Below are positions 22,601 through 34,004 of a DNA stretch of 34,004 nucleotides, piece by piece. This DNA comes from Macrostomum lignano. Lineage: Eukaryota. The stretch covers positions 1 to 34,004 of the forward strand of contig NIVC01004829.1 of assembly GCA_002269645.1 (NCBI GenBank). Reading direction: 5' to 3'. A model generated the notes under the pieces. The model had not been told where the DNA came from. It made no database searches and was given only the letters and a program-made list of their open reading frames with translations. The position numbers and the translations under genes are program-made. Position 1 is the first letter of the stretch, and the number at the start of each line of letters is the position of its first letter.

Positions 22601-25600
22601 TTTACAGGCCAGATAATTAAAGTCAGTTTGCACGAGCCAATCAGCATCGAGATAAGGGGTAGGGTGGCAAGAAAGGCCTCTCAGCCGCGCGCCCGACAGT
22701 CTAACCCCCCCCCCCAAGTCTAGTACCCCACACCCCCTCTAAGATAATGACCCTCACGATCACACCACCAACCTTGCAATCAAAGCTGCCCCCCCACCAA
22801 TTGCTATACGGCATAAACTGATAAAGCTCTTACCTATTATAATTAAATTGTCTGATATTGTCAATGCCTAACTCTAGACCAATGGCTCAGACAAATTAAT
22901 TACACCATCGCTTGTGCTACTGTCTGTGAGCCAATAACTTTATACTGACCGATATTTAGAATAGAGCAGCTACTAAATAATAAAAAATTAGCCAAGTCAC
23001 ACTGTGCACTCTTAAATTTCAGCCTCTTCCAAGTTTACTAAATCTATATAACTAAAATGAAACAAATTTTACCGTTTTGGACAGAAATTAAAAAGGGAGA
23101 AGTTTCATTGTTGAGCGAGATTCTTCGAGAAACCTTAATGAGAGTTTCTAGGAATCTTTGTTTCGAATCTAAGCTCGTCGTTACACGGAAAATCAAATAA
23201 ACAGTTGGAACGATACCTATTTTTACTTAGCAAAATTGAAAACAGCCACCCTAAGACCCAGTGCGCCTGAGCGTGAGTTGGAAATCTTGCGTCATTGTTT
23301 CAAGTAGTGAGCTGAATTCAATTGTTCTGCCAGTGCTCTGAGGTGGCGGGTTTCAATGTTGCTGAGTACAACTGCCAAGTTGAATCAATATTCAATCACT
23401 TTCGGTTATAACTATTATAAGTTAAAATATGACTCAAAATCCCATTCCATGAATACTTGGATATGAATGAAAATTGTGAGCAAAAGCTCTGATACTAGCA
23501 GTATATGCTATCCCCGATGCTAAGAAGAACATAAAAGTCCCAAGAGCAAAGTGCGTAACACAACAAATTCACAACGAAACAATGAGAACTTGATAGTTGC
23601 AAGATTAGGCAAAGCTCGATGCTGGATATTGGCTCTCTTTATACCTGTTGCGTACGAGCTAGTAAGCCCGCAATTAAAATATTCTACACTACAGTGTAGA
23701 GGCTTTGTCAGCCTCAGTCTGCTTAATAAGACTACTTAGTGCAATTAGCCTGAATAATCAGTCTGCCTTAGCCTGCCTTAATAAGTCTACTTAGTGCAAT
23801 TAGTTTGACTAATCAGTCTGCCTTAGCCTGCCTTAATAAGTCTACTTAGTGCAATAAGCCTGACTAATCAGTCTGCCTTAGCCTGCCTTAATAAGTCTAC
23901 TTAGTGCAATTAGTTTGACTAATCAGTCTGCCTTAGCCTGCCTTAATAAGTCTACTTAGTGCAATAAGCCTGACTAATCAGTCTGCCTTAGCCTGCCTTA
24001 ATAAGTCTACTTAGTGCAATTAGCCTGACTAATCAGTCTGCCTTAGCCTGCCTTAATAAGTCTACTTAGTGCAATTAGTCTTGGACTAATTAGCCTGCCT
24101 TAATAAGTCTACTTAGTGCAATTAGCCTGACTAATTAGTCCGCCTTTGCCAACTTACCGCTGAATCTTCAAGGCGGCCATTCGCTCTCGCAGAGCCTGCT
24201 CAATCACGGAGCTGTCAAACTTTCTGACGTGATCCGGGGCCAGGTAGGGATGCTTGAAAATCCTGCAATGGTAAAAATGAGTAGCATTTTAAAGTTTGAA
24301 CTCAAACTTGGTTAGATGGGCAATGGCGGAGACTGCAAGCCAGCAGCTTACTTGTGAATGTCAACCTCGTCCACAGCCCGCTGCCAGCGCTGCAGCTTCT
24401 CAGCCTCATCGGCCGGGTCGGGGACTTCGAAGTCCTCAGGAATCGGGCGACCCGTCTGGGCGGTCTTGGCCGAAGTGGCTGCTGAAAAACAGAGCGGTAA
24501 ATGCGCCATTCATAGAAGCTGTTTTTTCGAATACGGCGAGGCTGGGGGGGGGGGTGGGCAACTCACAAGTCCTCCTTCCAGCAGATCTCCCTGCAGTCGA
24601 GCCACGGGCGCCGAAAGCCGATCTCGGAACCTTGCTGGACCGCGCGCTGTGCGCCGATGCGCATCTTGTTGGACATTCTAAAAAAGTGCCAAAAACGCAT
24701 ATTACTCTACTGTCCAGTAGAGAAGTAAAGAAAACCGTGCATCTATTTTAATCAACGGTGCAATGAAAGTGAATATGATACTCGTACTTTTTTTCAGATG
24801 AATTGATTCGTGCGCAAAAAGTACTGCTTGCAAATCAGAGAGAGTCCGCAATTTCACTTTCTAGGAAAAAGATGCCATAACCGGATGCTGAATAGCAAAT
24901 TACAAATGTCGTAAAAGCAAACTTCTTGTTGAGGAGGGATCTAAAAGTGAGTTACCTTCAATTTCCAATGCCCTACCAATGCAACTGGAAGCAGAAAGGC
25001 AGAACATGGGTCGAATTATTTTAGTAGTTTAATTTGGCACTTTTTAGTATTTTATCTGTCTGAAAAAGCATGAATAAATTAGTTTATTCCTAGCTCATAC
25101 TACTCGCAGTAGACTTTTAGTGATATAAATGGCCTTTTGCGGTCTAAAACTGGGATAAAAATCAATAACTCAATAATTTTGTTTGACACTCGTGGCTGCT
25201 AGATGACTCAATCCAAAGCCAGGCTCCTTCTAGAGCTTCACCTGAGACAATTTTGTTGCCGGTCAGCTGGAAGCTGCAGGCCTCCGGGCTCGCCGCACCG
25301 CCGCCGCCGCCGCTGTAGGTCGACTCGAGCTGGTCGCCACGGCGCAGTCCGTGCACTGCAATGAACCTTGCTGTGACAAAACCAAGAAACAGCCCACACT
25401 GACACCCACACTGACACGCACACTGACATCCATACTGACACCCATGAACTGACATCCACACTGACACCCACACTGACACGCACACTGACATCCATACTGA
25501 CACCCATGAACTGACACCCACACAGACATCCTACACTGACACCCCACACTGACACCCACACTGACACCCATGAACTGACATCCACACTGACACCCACACT

Positions 25601-28600
25601 GACACGCACACTGACATCCATACTGACACCCATGAACTGACACCCACACAGACATCCTACACTGACACCCCACACTGACACCCACACTGACACCCATGAA
25701 CTGACATCCACACTGACACCCACACTGACACGCACACTGACATCCATACTGACACCCATGAACTGACACCCACACAGACATCCTACACTGACACCCCACA
25801 CTGACACCCACACTGACACCCACACTGACACACATGAATTGACACCCACACTGACACACATGAATTGACACCCACACTGACACCCACACTGACACCCACA
25901 CTGACACCCATGAACTGACATCCACACTGACACCCACACTGACACCCATGAACTGACACCCACACTGACACCCATGAACTGACATCCACACTGACACCCA
26001 CACTGACACGCACACTGACATCCACACTGACACCCATGAACTGACATCCACACTGACACCCACACTGACACGCACACTGACATCCATACTGACACCCATG
26101 AACTGACACCCACACAGACATCCTACACTGACACCCCACACTGACACCCACACTGACACCCACACTGACACACATGAATTGACACCCACACTGACACCCA
26201 CACTGACACCCACACTGACACCCACACTGACACCCATGAACTGACATCCACACTGACACCCACACTGACACCCATGAACTGACACCCACACTGACACCCA
26301 TGAACTGACATCTACACTGACACCCACACTGACACGCACACTGACATCCACACTGACACCCATGAACTGACACCCACACAGACATCCTACACTGACACCC
26401 CACACTGACACCCACACTGACACCCACACTGACACCCATGAACTGACACCCATACTGACACCCATGAACTGAAACCCACACAGACATCCTACACTGACAC
26501 CCACACTGACACCCATGAATTGACACCCAAACTGATTACCCACACTGACATCCACACTGACACCCATGAACTGACACCCACACAGACATCCACACTGACA
26601 CCCCACACTGACACCCACACTGACACACATGAACTGACACCCACACTGACACTCACACTGACACCCCACACTGACACCCATGAACTGAAACCCACACAGA
26701 CATCCTACACTGACACCCCACACTGACACCCATGAACTGAAAATAATGAACTGACACCTACACCCACACTGACACCCATGAACTGACATCCAAACTGACA
26801 CCCCACACTGAAAGACTGCAGCTCAGAGACATCCCAGGATTGTAAAACGCTGCAGCACCGCAGACATATCAAAGCTCACGCACCGTGGCTGATGAAGTCC
26901 CTGCCATTGGCCAGCTGCCTGGCGTGGTACTCGAACTCGGCCCTGAATGTGGCCGCGGCTCCGCCGTCGCGAGACGATGGCACCGAAGGCGGAGCCCGCC
27001 GGAGAGCGGACTGAGCTCTTGCTGCCAGGGAGGCGGCGCTGGCTGTCCTGGCAGGCGTCGCTGTGGCCGGCCTTGAGCGAATCGCAACGGCGGCGAGAGC
27101 CGGCTGTTGTTGAGGCCGCCGCTCCAGTTGCTGCTGCAGCAAGCGCTGCACATGCTGCTGCTGCTGGTGCCGTCTCTGGGCAGTTGTTGGGCGGGACAGA
27201 CTGACGGAAGATCGCGGCCTACATGTGTATGCATGAAATCATTTGTGTTTGCAATGGTTTCAGAATTTGTGCTTTATTTGTGGAGCAAAGCACTGTTTGG
27301 GGAAGGCCTTCCAAGTATCCTTGAGGAAAGCTGGGCTAAGCAGTGATAAGGGAGGCCGTCCAAGTGACCTTTGAGGAAAGCTATAGGCTAAGCAGTGATA
27401 AGGGAGGCCGTCCAAGTGACCTTTGAGGAAAGCTAGGCTAAGCAGTGATAAGGGAGGCCGTCCAAGTAACCTTGAGGAAAGCTAGGCTAAGCAGTGATAA
27501 GTAAGCCGTCCAAGTGACCTTGAGGAAAGCTAGGCTAAGCAGTGATAAGGGAGGCCGTCCAAGTAACCTTGAAGAAAGCTAGGCTAAGCAGTGATAAGTA
27601 AGCCGTCCAAGTGACCTTTGAGGAAAGCTAGGCTAAGCAGTGATAAGTAAGCCGTCCAAGTGACCTTTGAGGAAAGCTAGGCTAAGCAGTGATAAGGGAG
27701 GCCGTCCAAGTAACCTTGAGGAAAGCTAGGCTAAGCAGTGATAAGGGAGGCCGTCCAAGTGACCTTTGAGGAAAGCTAGGCTAAGCAGTGATAAGGGAGG
27801 CCGTCCAAGTAACCTTGAGAAAAGCTAGGCTAAGCAGTGATAAGGGAGGCCGTCCAAGTGACCTTGAGGAAAGCTAGGCTAAGCAGTGATAAGTAAGCCG
27901 TCCAAGTGACCTTGAGGAAAGCTAAGCTAAGCAGTGTTAAGGGAGGCCGTCCATGCAAGTGACCTTGAGGAAAGCTAGACTATGCAGTGCTAAGGGAGGC
28001 CGTCCAAATGACCTTGAGGAAAGCTAAGCTATGCGTGCTAAGGAAGGCCGTCCAAGTAAGAGAGACAATTGCAGAGTGAGTCGACTCACCGTCCAATAGC
28101 GGACTGCTCTGCGCCCTTGCTAGACGAAGGAACTGAATCAGTTAAAAGGGCATTGCATGTTTCAAGTATCAGAAAATCAGCTTAGATACATGCGCAGAAT
28201 TTACATAAGAATAGAAACTGCGAACTTCCAACCTGGCCAGTGCAGCCTGGGACCCAGCAGATCAACGTAGGAAAGGCTCTGCTGCGCTTCTCTGCTGTCG
28301 CTTTGTGCGTCGGATTTCTGCCGAAAATGATTGAACATGAGAAACTGTGAGTTATGAGTTGAAATCTCTGAGAAGGTCTGTAGGAATGAAATTAGAAATC
28401 AATTTGCCCCAGTCAGGTTTCGGAAGTTTCCCAATTGAGGCCTGGAACTGGAATTCAGCCTAAAGTCGGCGCCCCGCATCGAAGTCCGATAGCGCCCGAT
28501 ATGCAGAGAAAACAATTTCTCATCACTGCGGTAGCCAACTAGGATTAGAATTGGGACTCGAACCCAACATTGTGACTAATTGTCACTCAATTGATGGGCC

Positions 28601-29019
28601 TCATCGTCAAGCAGTAAAGATTCTTTTTGGAAGACACGGTCTTTTAGTCCACGAATCAAAGGAGCTGTAGAGAAGTTAGAGACTCGTACACGCACATCAA
28701 GTCTGAACGATGCCAAATGAAACTTAAATTTGTCACCCTTGATTGAATGCATGAAGGCATGAGTTTAGCAAGTGCTGCACAGACAGACAGAGAGTACAAG
28801 CATAGATGCTGGCCCAGCCGAGTGGTGCAGGGTGAGGAAGACAAGTAGAAAAGACAGTCGAACAGCCTGCGATTCCCTCACCGGGTTTTCAACCGCGCCC
28901 AGTCTCGGTTCGGGCTGAGCTGCAGGCTTTCGGTTTCGGAGGCGCCTGGCTGACTCGGCCACCAAGCTGTGGCTGCTGAAGGACTTGCTGGCTAGCCTGT
29001 GGTGAATCGATGTTTTCAT
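19644..29019 (-). CDS. IQCM: IQ-motif protein, IQCM-like, 11 reconstructed exons (~680 aa)
   Basis: Phase-consistent GT-AG exons: 29019-28882, 28317-28233, 28132-28090, 27200-26880, 25366-25242, 24677-24567, 24481-24352, 21592-21449, 21003-20935, 20667-20393 and 20242 to 19677/19644. IQ motif AAVIIQKTVRGHLVRR. C-terminal LFNVCGFFP...STWMHPIIDGED resembles the IQCM C-terminus as I recall it. The 3' end is uncertain and the symbol needs BLAST confirmation. Confidence 0.75.
20280..20372 (+). repeat. 15-bp repeat (CCCAGTCACCCACAT) in short IQCM-like intron
   Basis: About 6 degenerate copies. Confidence 0.8.
21107..21417 (+). repeat. (GAGCA)n / (GAGCAGAGCAG)n satellite in IQCM-like intron
   Basis: Direct reading. 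Confidence 0.96.
21922..21927 (-). terminator. AATAAA polyadenylation signal of the nested GYGP gene
   Basis: TTTATT on + strand, 132 bp downstream of the stop codon. Confidence 0.6.
22059..22400 (-). CDS. Secreted Gly/Tyr/Pro-rich repeat protein (GYGP)n, 113 aa, eggshell/structural-like
   Basis: Signal peptide MKCLLFLAALIAVAYG, about 11 (G/S)YGP repeats, basic C-terminus. Single exon with GC-rich codon usage, upstream TATA and downstream AATAAA. Confidence 0.88.
   Translation of the reverse strand: MKCLLFLAALIAVAYGGGYDTVEVYDTYDYGYGGYGPEYGYGDYGPGYGPGYGPGYGPGYGPGYGPGYGPSYGPSYGPGYGPGYGGYGYGGYGYEPEYEYYGPGPRGKGSYRR
22498..22505 (-). promoter_or_regulatory. TATA box (TATAAATA) of the nested GYGP gene
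   Basis: About 100 bp upstream of the ATG. Inr-like TCACT near 22471-22467 and a CCAAT box (AGCCAATCAG) near 22636-22645. Confidence 0.7.
23735..24140 (+). repeat. 55-bp minisatellite (~7.5 copies)
   Basis: Unit CTTAGTGCAATTAGCCTGACTAATCAGTCTGCCTTAGCCTGCCTTAATAAGTCTA. Confidence 0.96.
25394..26810 (+). repeat. CACTGACACCCA / ATGAACTGACAC 12-bp-based compound satellite filling an IQCM-like intron
   Basis: Direct reading. Higher-order blocks of ~118 bp recur around 25500-25800. Confidence 0.96.
27300..28058 (+). repeat. 49-50-bp minisatellite (~15 copies) in IQCM-like intron
   Basis: Unit GGGAGGCCGTCCAAGTGACCTT(T)GAGGAAAGCTAGGCTAAGCAGTGATAA with a GTAAGCC variant. Confidence 0.96.
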
Positions 29020-31346
29020 TTAAACATCTTTTTAATTATTTTTTATCTAATAGGAAGCAGTTAATTAACAAATGTGAATAGCTGTCTGTGTGCACTAGAT
29101 TGCCTCTTAGTAGGTTTAACTATTTAAAAGATAATAAAAAGTTTTTTCAATCTTTATATCACTTTCTATTTACTTTAAAAAGAAAATTTAGTCTTTAGCA
29201 GCAAGACTGTGGCTGGTAGACTCACAGAAATTGGTGATTCTCCAAATCAATCTGGGATGTTACTTTGCCACGCCAATCAACCAGCGACTCAAACTCTTGT
29301 TTGTAAACACCATCACTATTCAAACTGCAATAAGCATAAGAGGTACACAGTTGAGCTCTTCCTTACTTAAAACCAATAATATTATTATAGCAAGATAGCA
29401 GGACAACTTTGAGAGCTGCCAGATGTTACTTACCAGTCTGTATTTTCTGGAGGCATCAATGATGCCATTTAATTTTTTAAAGATGTTTTCAAGATCTTTA
29501 GATAATTTTGATTTTTATGTAGCCTATAGTTCAAGTTTATCTATTTAAAAATGGCTTTGTGCCACAAAAATGTAAATAAGCTTTTGGCCAACGCTTTCTG
29601 CTAAATAGATACAATTTAATTTACAGAAAAGTAGGTATCTGCAGGCAGAATTCATAAAATTCTCAAATTTATCATCAAAAGTATAAGCTCATTTATTAAG
29701 CCTATTTGCTATTTATTAGGAAACGTTTGAATTTTATAACTGACTAATATCAGCCCTGTAAAATTAGCTAACGGCTAGTGGCAGTTAAATGAATGAGACT
29801 TTCTATGGCTTTAAAAATACTATTATTGTTGCCTATTTACGAGCACACGTGTTTTCATAAAAACACGAACGGCATTTTAAGATTAAATACTATTTATCTT
29901 AGCAACGCCACGTTAGTTTCTTAGAAAGACCTGTCGTTAGTTTGAACTATGAAAATGATGACGAAAGGAAAACTTACTTTACTTTTCTACTCATAAAGTC
30001 GACCAACTAGGAAACCAAACAATTCAAAACTTTTTGTAATTACCTAAAAAGTACAAACATTTGTGTGCTGCGTCGAAATTTTGCTGTGACGAAAGCACAT
30101 GCACTGTACATGTATGTCTAGTTCCATTTCTAGTACATGCGTGCATTATACCATACTTAACCAAACCAAGGAGTTGTTTAAGCTTAACTTATATAGAACA
30201 GTAGAGTGGAAGTCCAAGTCTTGTACGAGTACGTAGCTGAGCAGGAAAACTTAAAGAGCAGTAGCTAGTTCGCTCAGCTCAAGTGGTTATATGCACATAC
30301 TGTATTTATAATTACAGACGGAGCTTGATCGCCACAGAATACATTCGCATAAAAACTGCACGATTTTAAACTGAATATACAATTATTACAATTAGCATCT
30401 TCTGTTTTCTGGTACATATAAATTAAGTTCATAGTAGTATATAAGTTTATCTATCAATATAATAATATTGTTTAACTTCTATCAATATACTATTCCTATT
30501 GTAGAATGAGAAGGAAAATATAACTGTCAATAATCGATACAAACAAAATATATTTTACTTTAATAGACTACTACTACGCTCGTACGCTCTTATAGTAAAT
30601 TAGTTTTGGGTCATATAGCGAGTGTGTCATGCTACATACAAACTTAATTTTTGTTTTCCGTGAATATCGATATATCAATATCATTTTTTCCGAGATGGAC
30701 ATGTGACGATGAGGACGCACTTTTTCCAAATTTCACGCTCGCACACATGGGCTCCAAACTTGCTAGCCTACTAACAGCAGGCTATGGGCATTTTTCTCCT
30801 TTTTATGTAATTTTCTCAGCATTCATACTAGTAGGATTTTTGTAGCTATATGATTTTGCCATACTTATAGTTATAATAACGTAGGCGCGGTTTTCGCTAC
30901 TTTTGGGGTCATAAATCATTGCTTTTGAGCTGGTCTGACAGCCACCTGTGCCTCACTCAGTGTTGAGGCTGGCGCCAGATGTGAGAGGATGCGGGCGGTA
31001 GCTTTTTTTCTCATCATTTTTGACAGGCCATCAGATTTATGAGGCCAGAGGCTATTGTTCGTGTTCACTCGAGCGTTTGACAGCTTTGACAGCTATGCGT
31101 TTTACCCCTAAAAGTACTTTGGGATTAGCGATTAGCGATTCCTCTTCACCATCTTCACTTTCTACTTAATGAGATCTTTCTAATGTATATTTTTCATTAA
31201 TTTTTGTAATTCCAACGCGAAAGGTCATAAATCATTATGTAGCGATTTTGAGTGATTTATGCAGACGGCACCTGGCGAATTTTTATGGCCCTGAGGGAAC
31301 TGATAGGATCTTCTGGTCACGTGAGTTTGGGTGGCAACAAGCTCAG

Positions 31347-32935
<1,589 letters not shown>

Positions 32936-32938
32936 CAA

Positions 32939-33048
32939 GCTCAGCCAATCAGAAAATTCGACGTCAGTTATAACAAATCGGCTCAGCCAATCAGCCTCGA
33001 GGTGTTCCATTATAACAAATTGCGGTCCAGTTGGCGCGGTATTTAACC
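32939..33048 (+). promoter_or_regulatory. Duplicated CCAAT-box module with CRE-like and TATA-like motifs
   Basis: GCTCAGCCAATCAG...TTATAACAAAT occurs twice (~42-bp period), GACGTCA near 32961-32967, GTATTTAAC near 33038-33046. E-box CACGTG at 31318-31323 lies on the other side of the LINE. Confidence 0.5.
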
Positions 33049-34004
33049 GGTGTTTTTGGGCCGCTCGGACCTCAACCTCCTGGGACCTTGGCCTAACTTA
33101 GACCTCCCGAGCTCGACCGTCGTCTCTTGATTCCCGGATCGCAACTTCCCCCCGTCATCATCAAGGACGAATTCCCCCGGTCGTCAGCGGCGAACATCAA
33201 GGTTAAGATCACCACCTGCTAGCTATCTGCGAAGATTGTGACATCAGCATCATCCCGGGTCTACAGCTGCGAAGCACTAAGCCGATTCGGTCACTGTGCA
33301 TTTTCTTGTCTCCGGCTGTTGAGTTTCTGATTAGTTGGGTGAGAGGCTACCTAGACTTGCTTGATTGGGTGATCCCCTATCTGTCCCTGTTTCAGTAGCT
33401 GGATTAGGCGCACACTTTTGCTCATTTTGTTCAGTAGTGCTGTAATCGAGGCAGAAATCACTTAATAACAATACTAATAGTAGTCGATACTCCAATTCAA
33501 TCTGAAGTGTGAAGTGATTTAGTGAGAAGGTTAAATCTGACAGTTATTGTTATCGGTTTTGTTTCTTTGTTCGCCGATGGCTCAGATGAGTAGCTAAGCT
33601 AGTAGGCGCCGGTCACAGTGGACCAATGGCAAGGCAGTTCTCAGTCGATCAATCTATCAAATCAGTTAGCGAAATTGCCAATGGTGCAAAAACGGCGCCA
33701 GAGATGTACTCTGTGCACTCTAGGTTCGCCAAGCGGCTCGGGTAATGAATCATGCGGCCTCTGAAGTTCGAGTTAGTCTATCATCAGCGCTACGAGAGGC
33801 TGGTTGGCGCGTTGAAGGCCAAAAGTACATATCTTCGTATTTAGCAATGTAATAGTACATGTAGCTACCCCATAGACTCGCCACTGCAAGAATCCTGCAC
33901 AAGTCCCTCTGTACCTGCATGGCCAATGCGATCTAGTCCCAGCAGTGTCCTTATCATCGGCTATGACTTCGAGATTGACAGCAAAAAGACACTAGTTAGC
34001 AGGT

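Noticed and set aside
24352-24677. Apparent frameshift between two IQCM-like exons (alternative frame MSNKMRIG...KEDF)
   Set aside because: The frame CPTRCASAHSAR...RRTSATSAK joins both neighbouring exons without any indel.
25238-26801. Cys/Val/Ser-rich 290-510-aa ORFs resembling metallothionein or keratin-associated proteins
   Set aside because: Multi-frame translations of the CACTGACACCCA satellite inside an intron.
28553-28565. tRNA B-box (GGTTCGAGTCCC on - strand)
   Set aside because: No convincing A-box or cloverleaf. At most a decayed SINE fragment.
29050-30900. AT-rich region with short ORFs and a hairpin near 29848-29867 (possible Helitron end)
   Set aside because: No CTRR terminus right after the hairpin and no coding signal. 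Left unannotated.

Overview
Eukaryotic (animal) genomic DNA. GC-rich exons, introns packed with minisatellites and the transposon mix suggest a repeat-rich invertebrate such as a Macrostomum-like flatworm; this is inference, not proven. I reconstructed these host genes by hand: an intronless divergent DEG/ENaC channel (13049-14803, -), a 5-exon tetraspanin (15937-19103, +) and an 11-exon IQ-motif gene resembling IQCM (29019 to about 19644, -). A secreted Gly/Tyr/Pro-repeat protein gene (22059-22400, -) is nested on the same strand inside an IQCM-like intron and has its own TATA box and polyA signal. A decayed FkbM-type methyltransferase gene (5053 to about 8924, +) has a C-terminal 54-bp coding VNTR split by a stack of transposon fragments. 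Mobile elements: a complete but defective Merlin (ISXO2/IS1595-like) DNA transposon with 34-bp TIRs, a 5'-truncated Penelope-like retroelement with a hammerhead ribozyme motif, a CAGTGGCG-type MITE, a 5'-truncated LOA/R1-type LINE with RNase H and a 9-bp TSD, and two inverted, related, structured leader-like segments. At least 13 distinct tandem repeat arrays are present, and almost every long intron is filled by a different one. There is no CRISPR, rRNA or convincing tRNA. I found no clearly new multi-gene system. The best leads are the nested gene, the thumb-reduced channel, the ribozyme motif and the structured inverted pair.
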